A stretch of 64,000 nt of DNA from Myxococcales bacterium (GTDB taxonomy: Bacteria; Myxococcota_A; UBA9042; JABWCM01; BTVJ01), in the NCBI GenBank assembly GCA_045863395.1, contig BTVJ01000038.1, positions 1 through 64,000 of the forward strand. The letters run 5' to 3'. Under the pieces are notes generated by a model that was not told the DNA's origin, did not search any database, and was given only the letters and a program-made list of their open reading frames with translations. The translations under genes were made by a program, and so were the position numbers. Shown in pieces: positions 19,099 through 28,360 of the stretch. The first letter of the stretch is position 1. Every line of letters starts with the position of its first letter.

Positions 19099-20340
19099 CT
19101 ACCCCTGTCCGGGGGGCGCAAGGGCGGGGCGCGGGCTGATCGCCGGGCGGGCCGCGCCTCGGGTGAAGTAGGAGACGGCGGCCCGCAGGCGACCGACGCG
19201 CAGGTCGGGGTCGAGGCCGTTGCCCATGCGGTGGATCTGGAGCTGGTACCAGGCGCCCTGGACCAGGGAGTCCAGCATCTTCAAGCCGCTGTTCAGGCGT
19301 ATGGTCGGGGCGGAGGCGAGGCTCCCGCCCAGGAGCTGCGCGGGCAGGTCCGGCACGGCGGCGAAGGGGCGGGCCAGGCCGACGAGGTCGATTCCGCCCG
19401 CCACGGCGGACTCCATGGCCTCGGCGCTTCGGAACCCGCCCGTCACCATCAGCGGCACCTTCACGCGGGAGCGCACGGCGTTGGCGTAGTCGAGGAAGAA
19501 CGCCTCGCGGCGCCTCGTGCTCTCCGAGCGGCTCTCGGCGAACATGGCGGCGGCCTCGTAGGTGCCGCCGGAGATCTCCAGCAGGTCGATCCCCTCGGCG
19601 TTCAGCGCCTCCACGACCGCCATGGACTCTGTCTCGTCGAAGCCGCCCCGCTGGAAGTCGGCGGAGTTGAGCTTCACGCCCAACGAGAAGCGCGGACCGA
19701 CGGCGGACCGGATTGCGCGGACGATCTCGAGCAGGAAGCGGCGCCGGCGCTCCGGCGACCCGCCCCACCCATCGGTGCGCAGATTGGTCAGCGGAGACAG
19801 GAACTGGCTCACCAGGTAGCCGTGCGCCGCGTGGATCTGGACGCCGTCGAAGCCCGCCGCCTGGACGAGCGCGGCCGACTCGGCGAAGCGCTCGACGATG
19901 CGGTGAATCTCCGTCTCCTCCAGGGCCCGCGGACGTGCGAAGGCGCCCCAGAGCCCGCGCATCGGGACCACCGACGGCGCGACGGGGCGTGACGACACCG
20001 TCCGCGGCGCCTGGCGCCCCGGGTGATTGATCTGCACCCACGTGGGCGTGGGCCCGCAGGCCGCGGCCCAGTCTCGGAGGGCCGTCAGATCGCTGTCGGC
20101 CTCGATGACTGCGTTGCGGTGCTCGGCGATGGCCTGTCGGTCTACCATGACGTTGCCCGTGATCAGCAGGCCGGCGCCGGACTGGCCCCAGCGGCGGTAG
20201 AGGGTACGGAGCTCCTCTCCCGGTACGCCGCCCGCGCCGGCGAGCCGCTCGCTCATGGCGGATTTTGCGACGCGGTTCGGGAGCACGGCCCCGTTTGGCA
20301 GGGTCAGCGGGCGAGCGAGGTGGGCGACCTGGTCAGTCAT
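19099..20340 (-). CDS. NADH:flavin oxidoreductase (Old Yellow Enzyme family)
   Basis: NRVAKSAMSE, QINHPGRQ, GFDGVQIHAAHGYLVSQFLSPLTNLRTD, EISGG, VTGG. Confidence 0.93.
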   Translation of the reverse strand: MTDQVAHLARPLTLPNGAVLPNRVAKSAMSERLAGAGGVPGEELRTLYRRWGQSGAGLLITGNVMVDRQAIAEHRNAVIEADSDLTALRDWAAACGPTPTWVQINHPGRQAPRTVSSRPVAPSVVPMRGLWGAFARPRALEETEIHRIVERFAESAALVQAAGFDGVQIHAAHGYLVSQFLSPLTNLRTDGWGGSPERRRRFLLEIVRAIRSAVGPRFSLGVKLNSADFQRGGFDETESMAVVEALNAEGIDLLEISGGTYEAAAMFAESRSESTRRREAFFLDYANAVRSRVKVPLMVTGGFRSAEAMESAVAGGIDLVGLARPFAAVPDLPAQLLGGSLASAPTIRLNSGLKMLDSLVQGAWYQLQIHRMGNGLDPDLRVGRLRAAVSYFTRGAARPAISPRPALAPPGQG

Positions 20341-20475
20341 TTGAGTCCTCCTGTGAGCAGCTTCGGTTCGTGAGGAGCAGCGCAGGGTGCAACGCTGTGT
20401 CGTGCGACGTCGGCGTCACTTCCGTGGGCGGGAGCCTGCGTCGCAGCGGGCGCGGTCGCATCGTGCCGCGCTCCG

Positions 20476-21597
20476 TCACCTGGCGGCTCGCGCGATGCCG
20501 GCGGCGATGCGCCGCGCTTCGATGGCGACCTCGCGCAGAGCGCCCGTGGGAGGGTTGGAGAAGCCGATGAACCAGAGTCCGGCGAGTGCCTGCGTGCCGT
20601 GCCAGCGCGGGTAGCCGCGGTCGTCGCAGAGCTCGGCCGCGCCGTCGAGGAAGCCGTCGAGCGCCGCCCGGTACCCGGTGGCGAGCACGACGGCGTCGAC
20701 GAGGTGGCGCCGGCCGTCGACTGTCTCCACGCCGTCCGGCAGGAACGCGCGGATGCCCGGCACGACGGGGATGGCTCCCTGCTTGATCAGCGCGACGGTG
20801 CCGACGTCGATGAGCGGGATGCGCCCGAGCTGGCGTACCTGGGAGACCGGGCCGACCTCCGGCTCGACGAGGCCCCACCTCGAGAGATCGCCGGTCACCC
20901 GGCGGGTCAGCGAGGCACCGATGCGGTCTGCGAGGCGCACCGGCAGCCGCGACAGGGCGAGGCTGGTCACCTGCGCCGGGATGCCGAGGGGATCGCGGGC
21001 GACGACCCGCACGGGGCCGCGCACGCACAGCAGCGGGCGGGCGCCGTGCTCCCACAGGTCGAGGGCGATCTCGGCGCCGGAGTTGCCCGCGCCCACGACC
21101 ATCACCCGGCGGTCGCGCCACGGCGCGCCGTCCCGATATGCCGAGCTGTGAAGGAGCGCGCCGCCGAAGGTCTCCTGGCCGGGCCACTCCGGCTGCTTCG
21201 GTGTGCGGTTGTACCCGGTCGCCACGACGAGGTGGCGCCCTGCGAAGGTCGCGCCCGGCGTGGAGACACGCCACAGGTCACCGTCCCGCCACGCGCGCTC
21301 CACGCGGACGCCGAGCCGCGGGGCCACGCCGAACCGCTCGGCGTAGGTCTCCAGGTAGTCGACCACCTGGGCGCGGGACGGGTAGCGCGGCACGTCGCGG
21401 GGGAAGGGCAGACCGGGGAGGGCGGAGAGCTGCTTGATGGTGTGCAGGTGGAGCCGCGCATAGTGGCGGCGCCAGGACGAGCCGACCGCGCCCGCCTGCT
21501 CCAGCAGGTCATGGGGGACGCCGGCCTGGCGCAGGCAGGCGGACACGGCGAGCCCCGCGGGGCCGGCTCCGATGACGACGGTGTGCGAAGGGTGCAT
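20476..21597 (-). CDS. Flavin-containing monooxygenase (FMO/YUCCA-like)
   Basis: GAGPAGL, F-x-G-x-x-x-HSSAY FMO motif, GAGNSG, ATGY. Confidence 0.9.
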   Translation of the reverse strand: MHPSHTVVIGAGPAGLAVSACLRQAGVPHDLLEQAGAVGSSWRRHYARLHLHTIKQLSALPGLPFPRDVPRYPSRAQVVDYLETYAERFGVAPRLGVRVERAWRDGDLWRVSTPGATFAGRHLVVATGYNRTPKQPEWPGQETFGGALLHSSAYRDGAPWRDRRVMVVGAGNSGAEIALDLWEHGARPLLCVRGPVRVVARDPLGIPAQVTSLALSRLPVRLADRIGASLTRRVTGDLSRWGLVEPEVGPVSQVRQLGRIPLIDVGTVALIKQGAIPVVPGIRAFLPDGVETVDGRRHLVDAVVLATGYRAALDGFLDGAAELCDDRGYPRWHGTQALAGLWFIGFSNPPTGALREVAIEARRIAAGIARAAR

Positions 21598-21677
21598 GAT
21601 GGAGCGGGATAGCTGCCCCGCGCCCCAGCGTCAAGCAGAGGGCGCGCTGCGCACTGGGCGCGAGCTCGGAGGACACC

Positions 21678-22442
21678 ATGAGCACACCTGACTTCGGCCG
21701 GACCGCCCGCGACTACGCCACGCACCGGGCAGGGTTCCCGCCGTCCCTGTTCGCGCGCCTTCAGCACCTTGGCCTCGGTGTGGCCGGGCAGGCCGTCGTG
21801 GACCTGGGGTCCGGGACCGGGAGCCTTGCGCGGGGCTTTGCGGCTCGCGGGTGCCGGGTGGTGGCAGTGGACATCTCGGCGCCGCTGCTCGACGAGGCCC
21901 AGCGGCTCGCGGGCGACCAAGGGGTGCCCCTGGAGGTGCGGGTCGCGCGGGCGGAGGACACGGGCCTCCCCGCCGGGGCCGCCGACGTCGTGACCGCCGG
22001 GCAGTGCTGGCACTGGTTCGACCGGCCCGCCGCTACGCGGGAGGCGTGCCGACTGCTGCGGCCCGACGGCGCCGTGGTCATCGCCCACTTCGACTGGGTT
22101 CCCCTCAGGGGCAACGTCGTGGAGGCGACGGAGGCGCTCATCCAGGAGCACAACCCGGCCTGGGCCATGGGCGGGGGGACGGGGCTCTACCCCCAGTGGC
22201 TGCGTGACCTCGGCGAGGGCGGGCTGCGGGAGCTTCAGTCCTTCTCCTACGACGAGGCCGTGGACTACACGCCGGAGGCCTGGCGGGGCCGCATCCGCGC
22301 CAGCGCGGGTGTGGGTGCGAGCCTCGCCCCCGGCGCGGTGGGGGCCTTCGACCGCGCCCTCGCCGAGGTCCTCGCCCGTTGCCATCCAGGGCTGGTGCTC
22401 TCGATCCCGCACCGCGTCTTCGCGGTGGTGGGGCGGCGATGA
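21678..22442 (+). CDS. Class I SAM-dependent methyltransferase
   Basis: VDLGSGTG, VDIS, AGQCWHWFD, LLRPDG. Confidence 0.9.
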   Translation: MSTPDFGRTARDYATHRAGFPPSLFARLQHLGLGVAGQAVVDLGSGTGSLARGFAARGCRVVAVDISAPLLDEAQRLAGDQGVPLEVRVARAEDTGLPAGAADVVTAGQCWHWFDRPAATREACRLLRPDGAVVIAHFDWVPLRGNVVEATEALIQEHNPAWAMGGGTGLYPQWLRDLGEGGLRELQSFSYDEAVDYTPEAWRGRIRASAGVGASLAPGAVGAFDRALAEVLARCHPGLVLSIPHRVFAVVGRR

Positions 22443-22446
22443 GCGG

Positions 22447-22497
22447 CGCCAGACTGGCCGCGCTGCATCCCCGCTGGCAGCCTGGCGAGACCTTGGA
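22447..22497. repeat. Partial second copy of the palindromic element
   Basis: 22461-22497 identical (37 bp) to 17227-17263; 22447-22456 (cgccagactg) matches the element's right arm. Confidence 0.85.
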
Positions 22498-22703
22498 TGA
22501 CCTGAAGTGCCGCCTGGTGGCGACCCGTGAGGCATGGGAGCCTCTGGCGACGCAGGCGGGGGCTCTGAGCCACTTCCAACCCTCGATGGCCGCGCCTGTC
22601 GGGGTCGCCGAGCAGTGCACCGCGCATTGACGCCGGCGCCTGCAGGGTCCATGGTGTCTGCGTCGAGCGGTCTCTTCCCCGGCTCCAGCGTTGAGAGGCG
22701 TTC

Positions 22704-23750
22704 ATGAATACGAGGCGAGTCTGGCTACTGTGCGTGATCTTCGTGGCAGCTGGGTGTGCTGGTGCTGGTGGAAACACAGGCGACAGCGGTCCGGTCGCGG
22801 GCATCGACACGGTGAACGCCGACGGCGCTGCGGGCGATGCGGTCGGTCCGACACCCGACGTCTTGGGCGACTCGACCACCCCACCGGACTCGGTCGCAGA
22901 CGCCACCCCAGACACGGTCGCCGACACCACCCCGGACGCCGCCGACTCCACAGGCGACGACACAACGGACGGGGGCGGCGACGCTTCCCCAGACACTGGC
23001 AAGCCGGTCTATGTCGCCTGCTCGTCGTGCGGGAGCGAGGACGAGTGCCGCGGCAAGCCGTGTGAGACTGACGGGGAGGAGTGCTCCGTCGCGCCCTACT
23101 GCGATCCGTGGTTCGGAGAGTGCGTCTGCAAGGACGGCGAGTGGGCCTGCACGTCCACGGACTGCCCCCTCGATTGTCCGGGCCCGACGCCCGCGTGCTG
23201 CACGAACGGACAGACCGTCGCAGCGGAGTGCACGCCCGTGGACTGGGACTGCGGGCAAGGCACTCTCGGCGCCTGTCCTGGCACATGCGGCGGGCAGCCC
23301 CCGATGGAGTGGTGCCTCTCCACGTGCATTGGCCGCGCGATCATCCCCCCCGAGTGTACCGATGAGCTCGGTTGGCACTGCCCGGGTGAGAGTCTCGCCC
23401 CCGGTGAGTGCTGCGACGCCCCCTTGGTCTACACTGTCGGGGGGTGCTTGACCTGCGGCGACGCCATCGCCGGTATGCAGGCGTCCATCGCCGCTGCCGT
23501 GGCTGCCCACGCGGACTGCACGGTCGACGCGGACTGCACGGCAGTCTTTGCGGACACCGCCTGCCAGGGCGCCTGCCAGGTGCCGGTCAGCAAGGCGGGC
23601 GAGGCGGACCTCCTCGCCGCCATCAAGAACGCCTCCACCGCATACTGTCAGGACTACGTGCAGCAGTGCGGCTACGCGACGCCGGACTGCGCGCCGGTCA
23701 CTCCGTACTGCAAGGAGGGCGCCTGTGCCCTAGAGTGGAATCTCCCGTAG
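22704..23750 (+). CDS. Cys-rich lipoprotein with Asp/Thr/Pro linker
   Basis: Lipobox AAGC, DT-rich spacer, many Cys, C-terminal CTVDADC motif. Confidence 0.75.
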   Translation: MNTRRVWLLCVIFVAAGCAGAGGNTGDSGPVAGIDTVNADGAAGDAVGPTPDVLGDSTTPPDSVADATPDTVADTTPDAADSTGDDTTDGGGDASPDTGKPVYVACSSCGSEDECRGKPCETDGEECSVAPYCDPWFGECVCKDGEWACTSTDCPLDCPGPTPACCTNGQTVAAECTPVDWDCGQGTLGACPGTCGGQPPMEWCLSTCIGRAIIPPECTDELGWHCPGESLAPGECCDAPLVYTVGGCLTCGDAIAGMQASIAAAVAAHADCTVDADCTAVFADTACQGACQVPVSKAGEADLLAAIKNASTAYCQDYVQQCGYATPDCAPVTPYCKEGACALEWNLP

Positions 23751-24131
23751 CTTCGGTGGTGTGCGTTTGCCGACCAGCCCCGACCCATCGCGCCCCAAGA
23801 GCGGGGTCACGACGCCTCGCGCTACGTCGTACTCCCGGCCGGGTGGGAGACTTGCCGCTGGGGGCACGCCCTCATCGCCCGTCGAAGGAGGCGCTGCGGC
23901 CGCGGCGTCGGACTCGGTGCTTGCCAGCGCTGCGCCTGGTGCGACACCATGGGCAGACAGTCGCCCAGAGTCCGGTGGGCGCGGGGTGTCGCCCGGCTGG
24001 TGAGGTCGGCGCACCAAGGCGTGCCCGCCTTCAGGAGCACGTCTTTGCTCGTCCACTCCGGGCGCTCAAGGCGGGGTGTCCGAGACTCGCGAGTGCGTCA
24101 GGGTCATCGTTGCTCGCGGCCGGCTACGTCA

Positions 24132-24160
24132 TTGACGCCCGCGCATTGCCAGGTTATACC
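24132..24160 (+). promoter_or_regulatory. Putative sigma70 promoter of the TA operon
   Basis: TTGACG-N17-TATACC, overlapped by an imperfect operator-like inverted repeat gttatac...gtaagaac. Confidence 0.55.
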
Positions 24161-24184
24161 TCACGTAAGAACGCGGAGGTCGAT

Positions 24185-24415
24185 GTGAGCGTCGCACGAA
24201 AGAAGCTCCAGCGGATCGGCAACAGCACCGGGGTCGTGCTCCCGGCCGAGCTGCTTCGGGACGCTGGGCTCCGGCCAGGCGACGAGGTCGTCATGCAGGC
24301 TGAGCGGGGGCGGGTCGTCATCACGGCGCTCGACCCGGACTTCGACGACCTGGTCGCTGCCGCGGATCGCTTTGTCGCCAGCCACCCGAACGCGCTCAGG
24401 AAGCTCGCGGAGTGA
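24185..24415 (+). CDS. AbrB/MazE/SpoVT-family antitoxin
   Basis: KLQRIGNSTGVVLPAELL...L-x-x-GD; RBS GGAGG; GTGA overlap with the toxin. Confidence 0.9.
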   Translation: MSVARKKLQRIGNSTGVVLPAELLRDAGLRPGDEVVMQAERGRVVITALDPDFDDLVAAADRFVASHPNALRKLAE

Positions 24416-24801
24416 GGTTCCTCTCGAAGCGCTTCGTGGTCGCATACCATGCTCGCCTCATCGATCTCTTTGGCGGCGCGCACGGGCTCAGAGACGAGGG
24501 GCTGCTCGACTCCGCCGTCGCGCAGCCCGAGCCGACCTTCGATGGGGAGCCGCTTCACAGCGACGTCTGGGAGATCGCCGCGGCCTACGGGTGGCACATC
24601 TGCCGGAACCACCCGTTCATCGACGGCAACAAGCGGGTCGCGGCGGTCGCGATGGGCACGCTCCTCGCCATCAACGGAGAAGAGAGCGTCTTCGACGAGG
24701 TCGCGCTGTATCTGACGGTCGTCGCGATCACCGAAGGGCGCATGGACAAGGCGGAGCTGGCGGCGGGGCTTCGGACGCACGGCGGCGGGGCCTCTTCGTG
24801 A
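24412..24801 (+). CDS. doc: Death-on-curing (Doc/Fic) toxin
   Basis: GLRDEGLLDSA and NHPFIDGNKR Fic/Doc motif. Confidence 0.92.
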   Translation: MRFLSKRFVVAYHARLIDLFGGAHGLRDEGLLDSAVAQPEPTFDGEPLHSDVWEIAAAYGWHICRNHPFIDGNKRVAAVAMGTLLAINGEESVFDEVALYLTVVAITEGRMDKAELAAGLRTHGGGASS

Positions 24802-24904
24802 GGGCCAAGCGCTCGGGCGAGTGGAACTCTGTGCCTCGCAGAGGGGACCACGGGGCGGACGCCGGGATTGACCGGAGGGACGCGACGACGGTGGAGGGTG
24901 AGGC

Positions 24905-27730
24905 TCAACGCTCGGGGCGGGCCGGACGCGCCACACGGAACCCAAAGCTCCTGTACCGCTCCAGCACTTTGAGGTTGTGTCGCGCCGCGGCCACCAGGTA
25001 GCGCGCCGGGTCGTACCAGGAGCCCCCGCGCAGCGGACGCGCCTCATCATCGCCCGTCGCGCACTCGGGATCCCGTTCTCCGTCCTGGCGCCCCCGGTAG
25101 GCGTCTTCCTTCCAGGTGTCGCGGCACCACTCCCACACGTTGCCGGCCTGATCGAGGGTGCCGAAGGGCCCCTTGCCCCGCGGGTAGGCGCCCACCGGGC
25201 TGGTGCTTCCGACCTGTATGCCAAAGTTGGCGTGCTCCGCCGTCGGTGCGTCCTTGCCCCACGGGTAGGGCAGCCCCTCGGGCCCTCGCGCGGCGGCCTC
25301 CCACCAGGCCTCGGTCGGAAGGACCAGACCTGCCCACGCGCAGTAGAGCGAGGCGTCGTCCCAGCTCACATTCACGACCGGCTGGTCCTGGCCGCCGAAG
25401 CGCTTGTCCTCGAGGAGCCCGGACCCCTGGGCCCCAGGGTTGTCCGCCAGGAACCGCGCATACTGCGCGTTGGTGACGGGGTACTTCCCGATCCAGAAGG
25501 CGGGCAGGGTGACCCGGTGGGCAGGCCGCGACCGCTCCAAGAGGTCGTCGCCGATGGGGTAGACCCCCGCCGGCACGTACACCAGCACGCTCCCGTCCCG
25601 CTCGTTCACCGACTCGGACCCCGGCGCCGGCTCGCCGCCCTCGACGCGCCCCGTCGTGCCACCCGGCAGCCCCAGCAGCTCCGCCAGCAGCCCCCGCGCC
25701 GCGCTGTCGGTCTCCGCGGCAGCCAGCTCCTCCAGCGTCGTGCGGTCCCCCGCCGCCGGCTCCTCCCCCGCCAGCAGCACCTTCACGGCCCGCAGCGCCT
25801 CATACCGAGCCCCCGCGTCCGCGACGCCCTCCCGCAGCGCGGTCAGGAACGGGCGAGGGGACCGCCGGCCCGCGTCGCGGAGGACGTCGTCGAGCCAGCC
25901 GGGGTGGCGGGTGAAGCGGGGGGAGCGGACCAGCGCCGCCATGAGGGGCTCGAACACGGGCGGGCCCTCCAAGGCGCCGGCGAGCAGGAGCACCTCCTTC
26001 CACCAGTCGTCGCCGAAGTGCCCGGCCAGCTCATCGAGCACCTGCGGGCGGACACCGAAGGTGCATTGGACGTGGGTGGCGCACAGGTACTCCTGGAACG
26101 TGAGGTGCAGGAACCCGTAGAGCCCCCGGCCCACGTCCACGACCAGCCCCGAGTCGTCGCGGACGGCCGCCAGCAGCTCGTCCACGTCGATGCCCAGGCG
26201 TCCCGCCTCCACCGCTGCGTTCCCGAGGACCACCCGCACCTGGTCGAGGGGCGCCTCCGCCCGCTTCTCTACCTGGTGGAGCCACCAGGCCATGGGCCGC
26301 AGCAGCGACAGAGCTTGGGAGGCGGGGATGCGGAGCGGCAGCTCCTTGGCCTCCCGCCAGCACTGGAGGAGCACCTCGACGCACCGGGCGTAGAGCTCCA
26401 CGCGCGCGTCGGGCAGAGTGCCGCCCTGCAGGTGGACGAGGCAGAGGATGTGCAGCAGGAGCGGGTTCTCGGACAGCCGGCGCAGGGAGCGGGCCCGGTC
26501 CTCGCCAGAGAACACGCGGCCCAGGAGCTGCCCCGCCATGCGGTCCGCCTCGGCGCGGACGGTCGCGTCGGGGTGCTCTGGGTGGATCGCGCGCTGGACG
26601 GCATGCTGCCAGCGCGCCACGTAGCGGCGTGCCTCGCCCTCTTCCAGGGCGCGGATGTGCAGCTCCAGGAAGCGGCCGTCCAGCCGCGCGTCGCCCTTGT
26701 AGGCCGGGTAGCGCGAGGTGAGCACCACGCACACGTCAGGCCGGTCCGTGACCAGCGAGTCGATCCACCTCAACACCCTCACCTGCGCGCCGGAGCTCGG
26801 CACCTCGTCCAGGCCGTCCACCAGCAGCAGCAGGTTCCTCCGGCCCAGGAGCTCCCGTGCGAAGCCGGACCCGGTGCCCAGCTCCGGCTGCTCCACGGCG
26901 CCCTCGACAGCCGGCAGCAGCCCCCCGGGCGCCCGCGGGATGCGCCGCAGGGTGACGAGCACCGGCACCGTGTCCGCCGGCAGGCCCAGCGTCGCCGGCC
27001 CCCGCCGCGGGTCCGTCAGCACGAGGACGAAGTGCTTGAGCAGCGTGGTCTTGCCGCTCCCGGGCTCGCCGAGCATGACGAGGCCCTTCATCCCCTGCGT
27101 GCGCACTTGGCGAAACGCCTGGTCGAGGGGCACGTCCACCGAGTCACCGCAGGCCGCGTCCACGCCCCGCGCCGCCCCGGGCTCCAGGTGGCCCCACACG
27201 GGGCGGTGCGCCAGGGCCCGCAGCGGCACGAACACGTCGTCGAGAGACAGGGGGATGCGGATGTTCCCGGGGATCCCCTGCACGGGGATGGTGCTGGCCC
27301 GCGCCCGCAGACAGCCCAGATACGACGCGAGCGCGCCGCCGGCCTCAGGGGCGGGCGCTCCCTCTCGAAGCGCCCGCGTCAGCTCCCGCGCCCCCGCCTC
27401 CAGGCTGGCCGAGCAGTCCGCGTGCCGCTCGTGCCTCAAGAGCGCAGGCACCCTGGCCCGGGCGTCCAGCTTCGCGACCAGCACGCGGTTGCGGCCCTCG
27501 ATCTTGTGGTGGATGAGCGCCTCCAGCACCCCCTCGAAGCCCTCGTCCCCCGCGGCGGCGCGGCTCATGCACACCACGAAGCAGGCGTTGCCCTCCATGG
27601 CGCTCTGCAGCATCCCCACGTGGAGCTCCCCGTCCCCCGGGTGCAGCTCCGCCCCGACCTCCGACAGGTGGCGCGCCAGCTCAGCGGCCCGCCCGCGGTC
27701 ATCGGGCACGTGCAAGACCACCACCCTCAC
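24905..27730 (-). CDS. NLR-like protein: degenerate TIR - NACHT - FGE-sulfatase (SUMF1/CLec-fold)
   Basis: Walker A GEPGSGKTT, Walker B LLLVDGLDE, VLTSR, NPLLL, FLHLTFQEY; C-terminal PVTNAQY, PVVNVSWDDA, LPTEAWWE, YPWG, GNVWEWC, RGGSW, GFRVA. Confidence 0.9.
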   Translation of the reverse strand: MRVVVLHVPDDRGRAAELARHLSEVGAELHPGDGELHVGMLQSAMEGNACFVVCMSRAAAGDEGFEGVLEALIHHKIEGRNRVLVAKLDARARVPALLRHERHADCSASLEAGARELTRALREGAPAPEAGGALASYLGCLRARASTIPVQGIPGNIRIPLSLDDVFVPLRALAHRPVWGHLEPGAARGVDAACGDSVDVPLDQAFRQVRTQGMKGLVMLGEPGSGKTTLLKHFVLVLTDPRRGPATLGLPADTVPVLVTLRRIPRAPGGLLPAVEGAVEQPELGTGSGFARELLGRRNLLLLVDGLDEVPSSGAQVRVLRWIDSLVTDRPDVCVVLTSRYPAYKGDARLDGRFLELHIRALEEGEARRYVARWQHAVQRAIHPEHPDATVRAEADRMAGQLLGRVFSGEDRARSLRRLSENPLLLHILCLVHLQGGTLPDARVELYARCVEVLLQCWREAKELPLRIPASQALSLLRPMAWWLHQVEKRAEAPLDQVRVVLGNAAVEAGRLGIDVDELLAAVRDDSGLVVDVGRGLYGFLHLTFQEYLCATHVQCTFGVRPQVLDELAGHFGDDWWKEVLLLAGALEGPPVFEPLMAALVRSPRFTRHPGWLDDVLRDAGRRSPRPFLTALREGVADAGARYEALRAVKVLLAGEEPAAGDRTTLEELAAAETDSAARGLLAELLGLPGGTTGRVEGGEPAPGSESVNERDGSVLVYVPAGVYPIGDDLLERSRPAHRVTLPAFWIGKYPVTNAQYARFLADNPGAQGSGLLEDKRFGGQDQPVVNVSWDDASLYCAWAGLVLPTEAWWEAAARGPEGLPYPWGKDAPTAEHANFGIQVGSTSPVGAYPRGKGPFGTLDQAGNVWEWCRDTWKEDAYRGRQDGERDPECATGDDEARPLRGGSWYDPARYLVAAARHNLKVLERYRSFGFRVARPARPER

Positions 27731-28107
27731 CGGAGCGCCTCCAGCACCGCTGCCATCGCCCCGTCGAAGTCAGCGACCGCATCGGCCAGCAGCAGGTCGG
27801 CGAGGATCGGGGGCAGGTCCCCGCCAGTCAGGCGGATGGGCAGGATGCGCCGCTCGCCCCGCTGGAGCATGGAGTGCAGATAGGCCTGCCACTCCCTGCG
27901 CATGAACGGGCCGTCCCCCTTGTCGGAGAGACACAGCACCAGCGCGTCGCTCGCCATGGCGTCGTTCATGAACCCGATGATCGAGTCCCCGACGCGCACG
28001 TCCCAGTCATCGAAGCGGACGATGTGCCCCGCGTCCTGGAGAACCTCGGCGACCCGCGTCGCGGCGGCCGTGTCGGCGGTGCGGTGGCTCAGGAACACGG
28101 TCTTCAT
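27727..28107 (-). CDS. Stand-alone TIR-domain protein (TIR_2)
   Basis: VFLSH, F-D-x-W-D-x-x-x-GDSI, LVLCLS, REW (putative catalytic Glu), ILPIRL...LPPIL. Confidence 0.88.
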   Translation of the reverse strand: MKTVFLSHRTADTAAATRVAEVLQDAGHIVRFDDWDVRVGDSIIGFMNDAMASDALVLCLSDKGDGPFMRREWQAYLHSMLQRGERRILPIRLTGGDLPPILADLLLADAVADFDGAMAAVLEALR

Positions 28108-28299
28108 GGCGGCTCCGTCTGAAGTCGGTGGGGAGCCCCATCTTCGATCCCAAGCCTCCGCGGGTCAATGTCCGCGCGACCCAGCGTCCAGGCTCTCGCA
28201 CTGACGAGTTGCATTCGCCGGCGGGCGCTTCACCGGCGGCGGCCCTCTTGCCCATGCCGGCAGGGGTCGCATGTGGAAGCAGAGGCTGGCATGGTTCAT

Positions 28300-28334
28300 T
28301 CGCGAATCGCGAATCGCGAATCGCGAATCGCGAA
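28300..28334. repeat. Heptamer tandem repeat (TCGCGAA)5
   Basis: Five perfect units read directly in the divergent intergenic region. Confidence 0.95.
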
Positions 28335-28360
28335 CGCGGAGCCAAGGACCCGGACGAGCT

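Noticed and set aside
23751..24130. Coding or RNA gene in the 380-bp gap before the TA pair
   Set aside because: No frame with a convincing RBS, codon bias or motif, and no clear structured RNA recognised
28286..28300. sigma54 promoter (TGGCATGGTTCATTC) next to the heptamer array
   Set aside because: The -12 element lacks the required TTGC/GC
24800..28360. Complete diversity-generating retroelement
   Set aside because: No reverse transcriptase, Avd or AAC-rich template repeat seen in the window; only a possible remote target is reported
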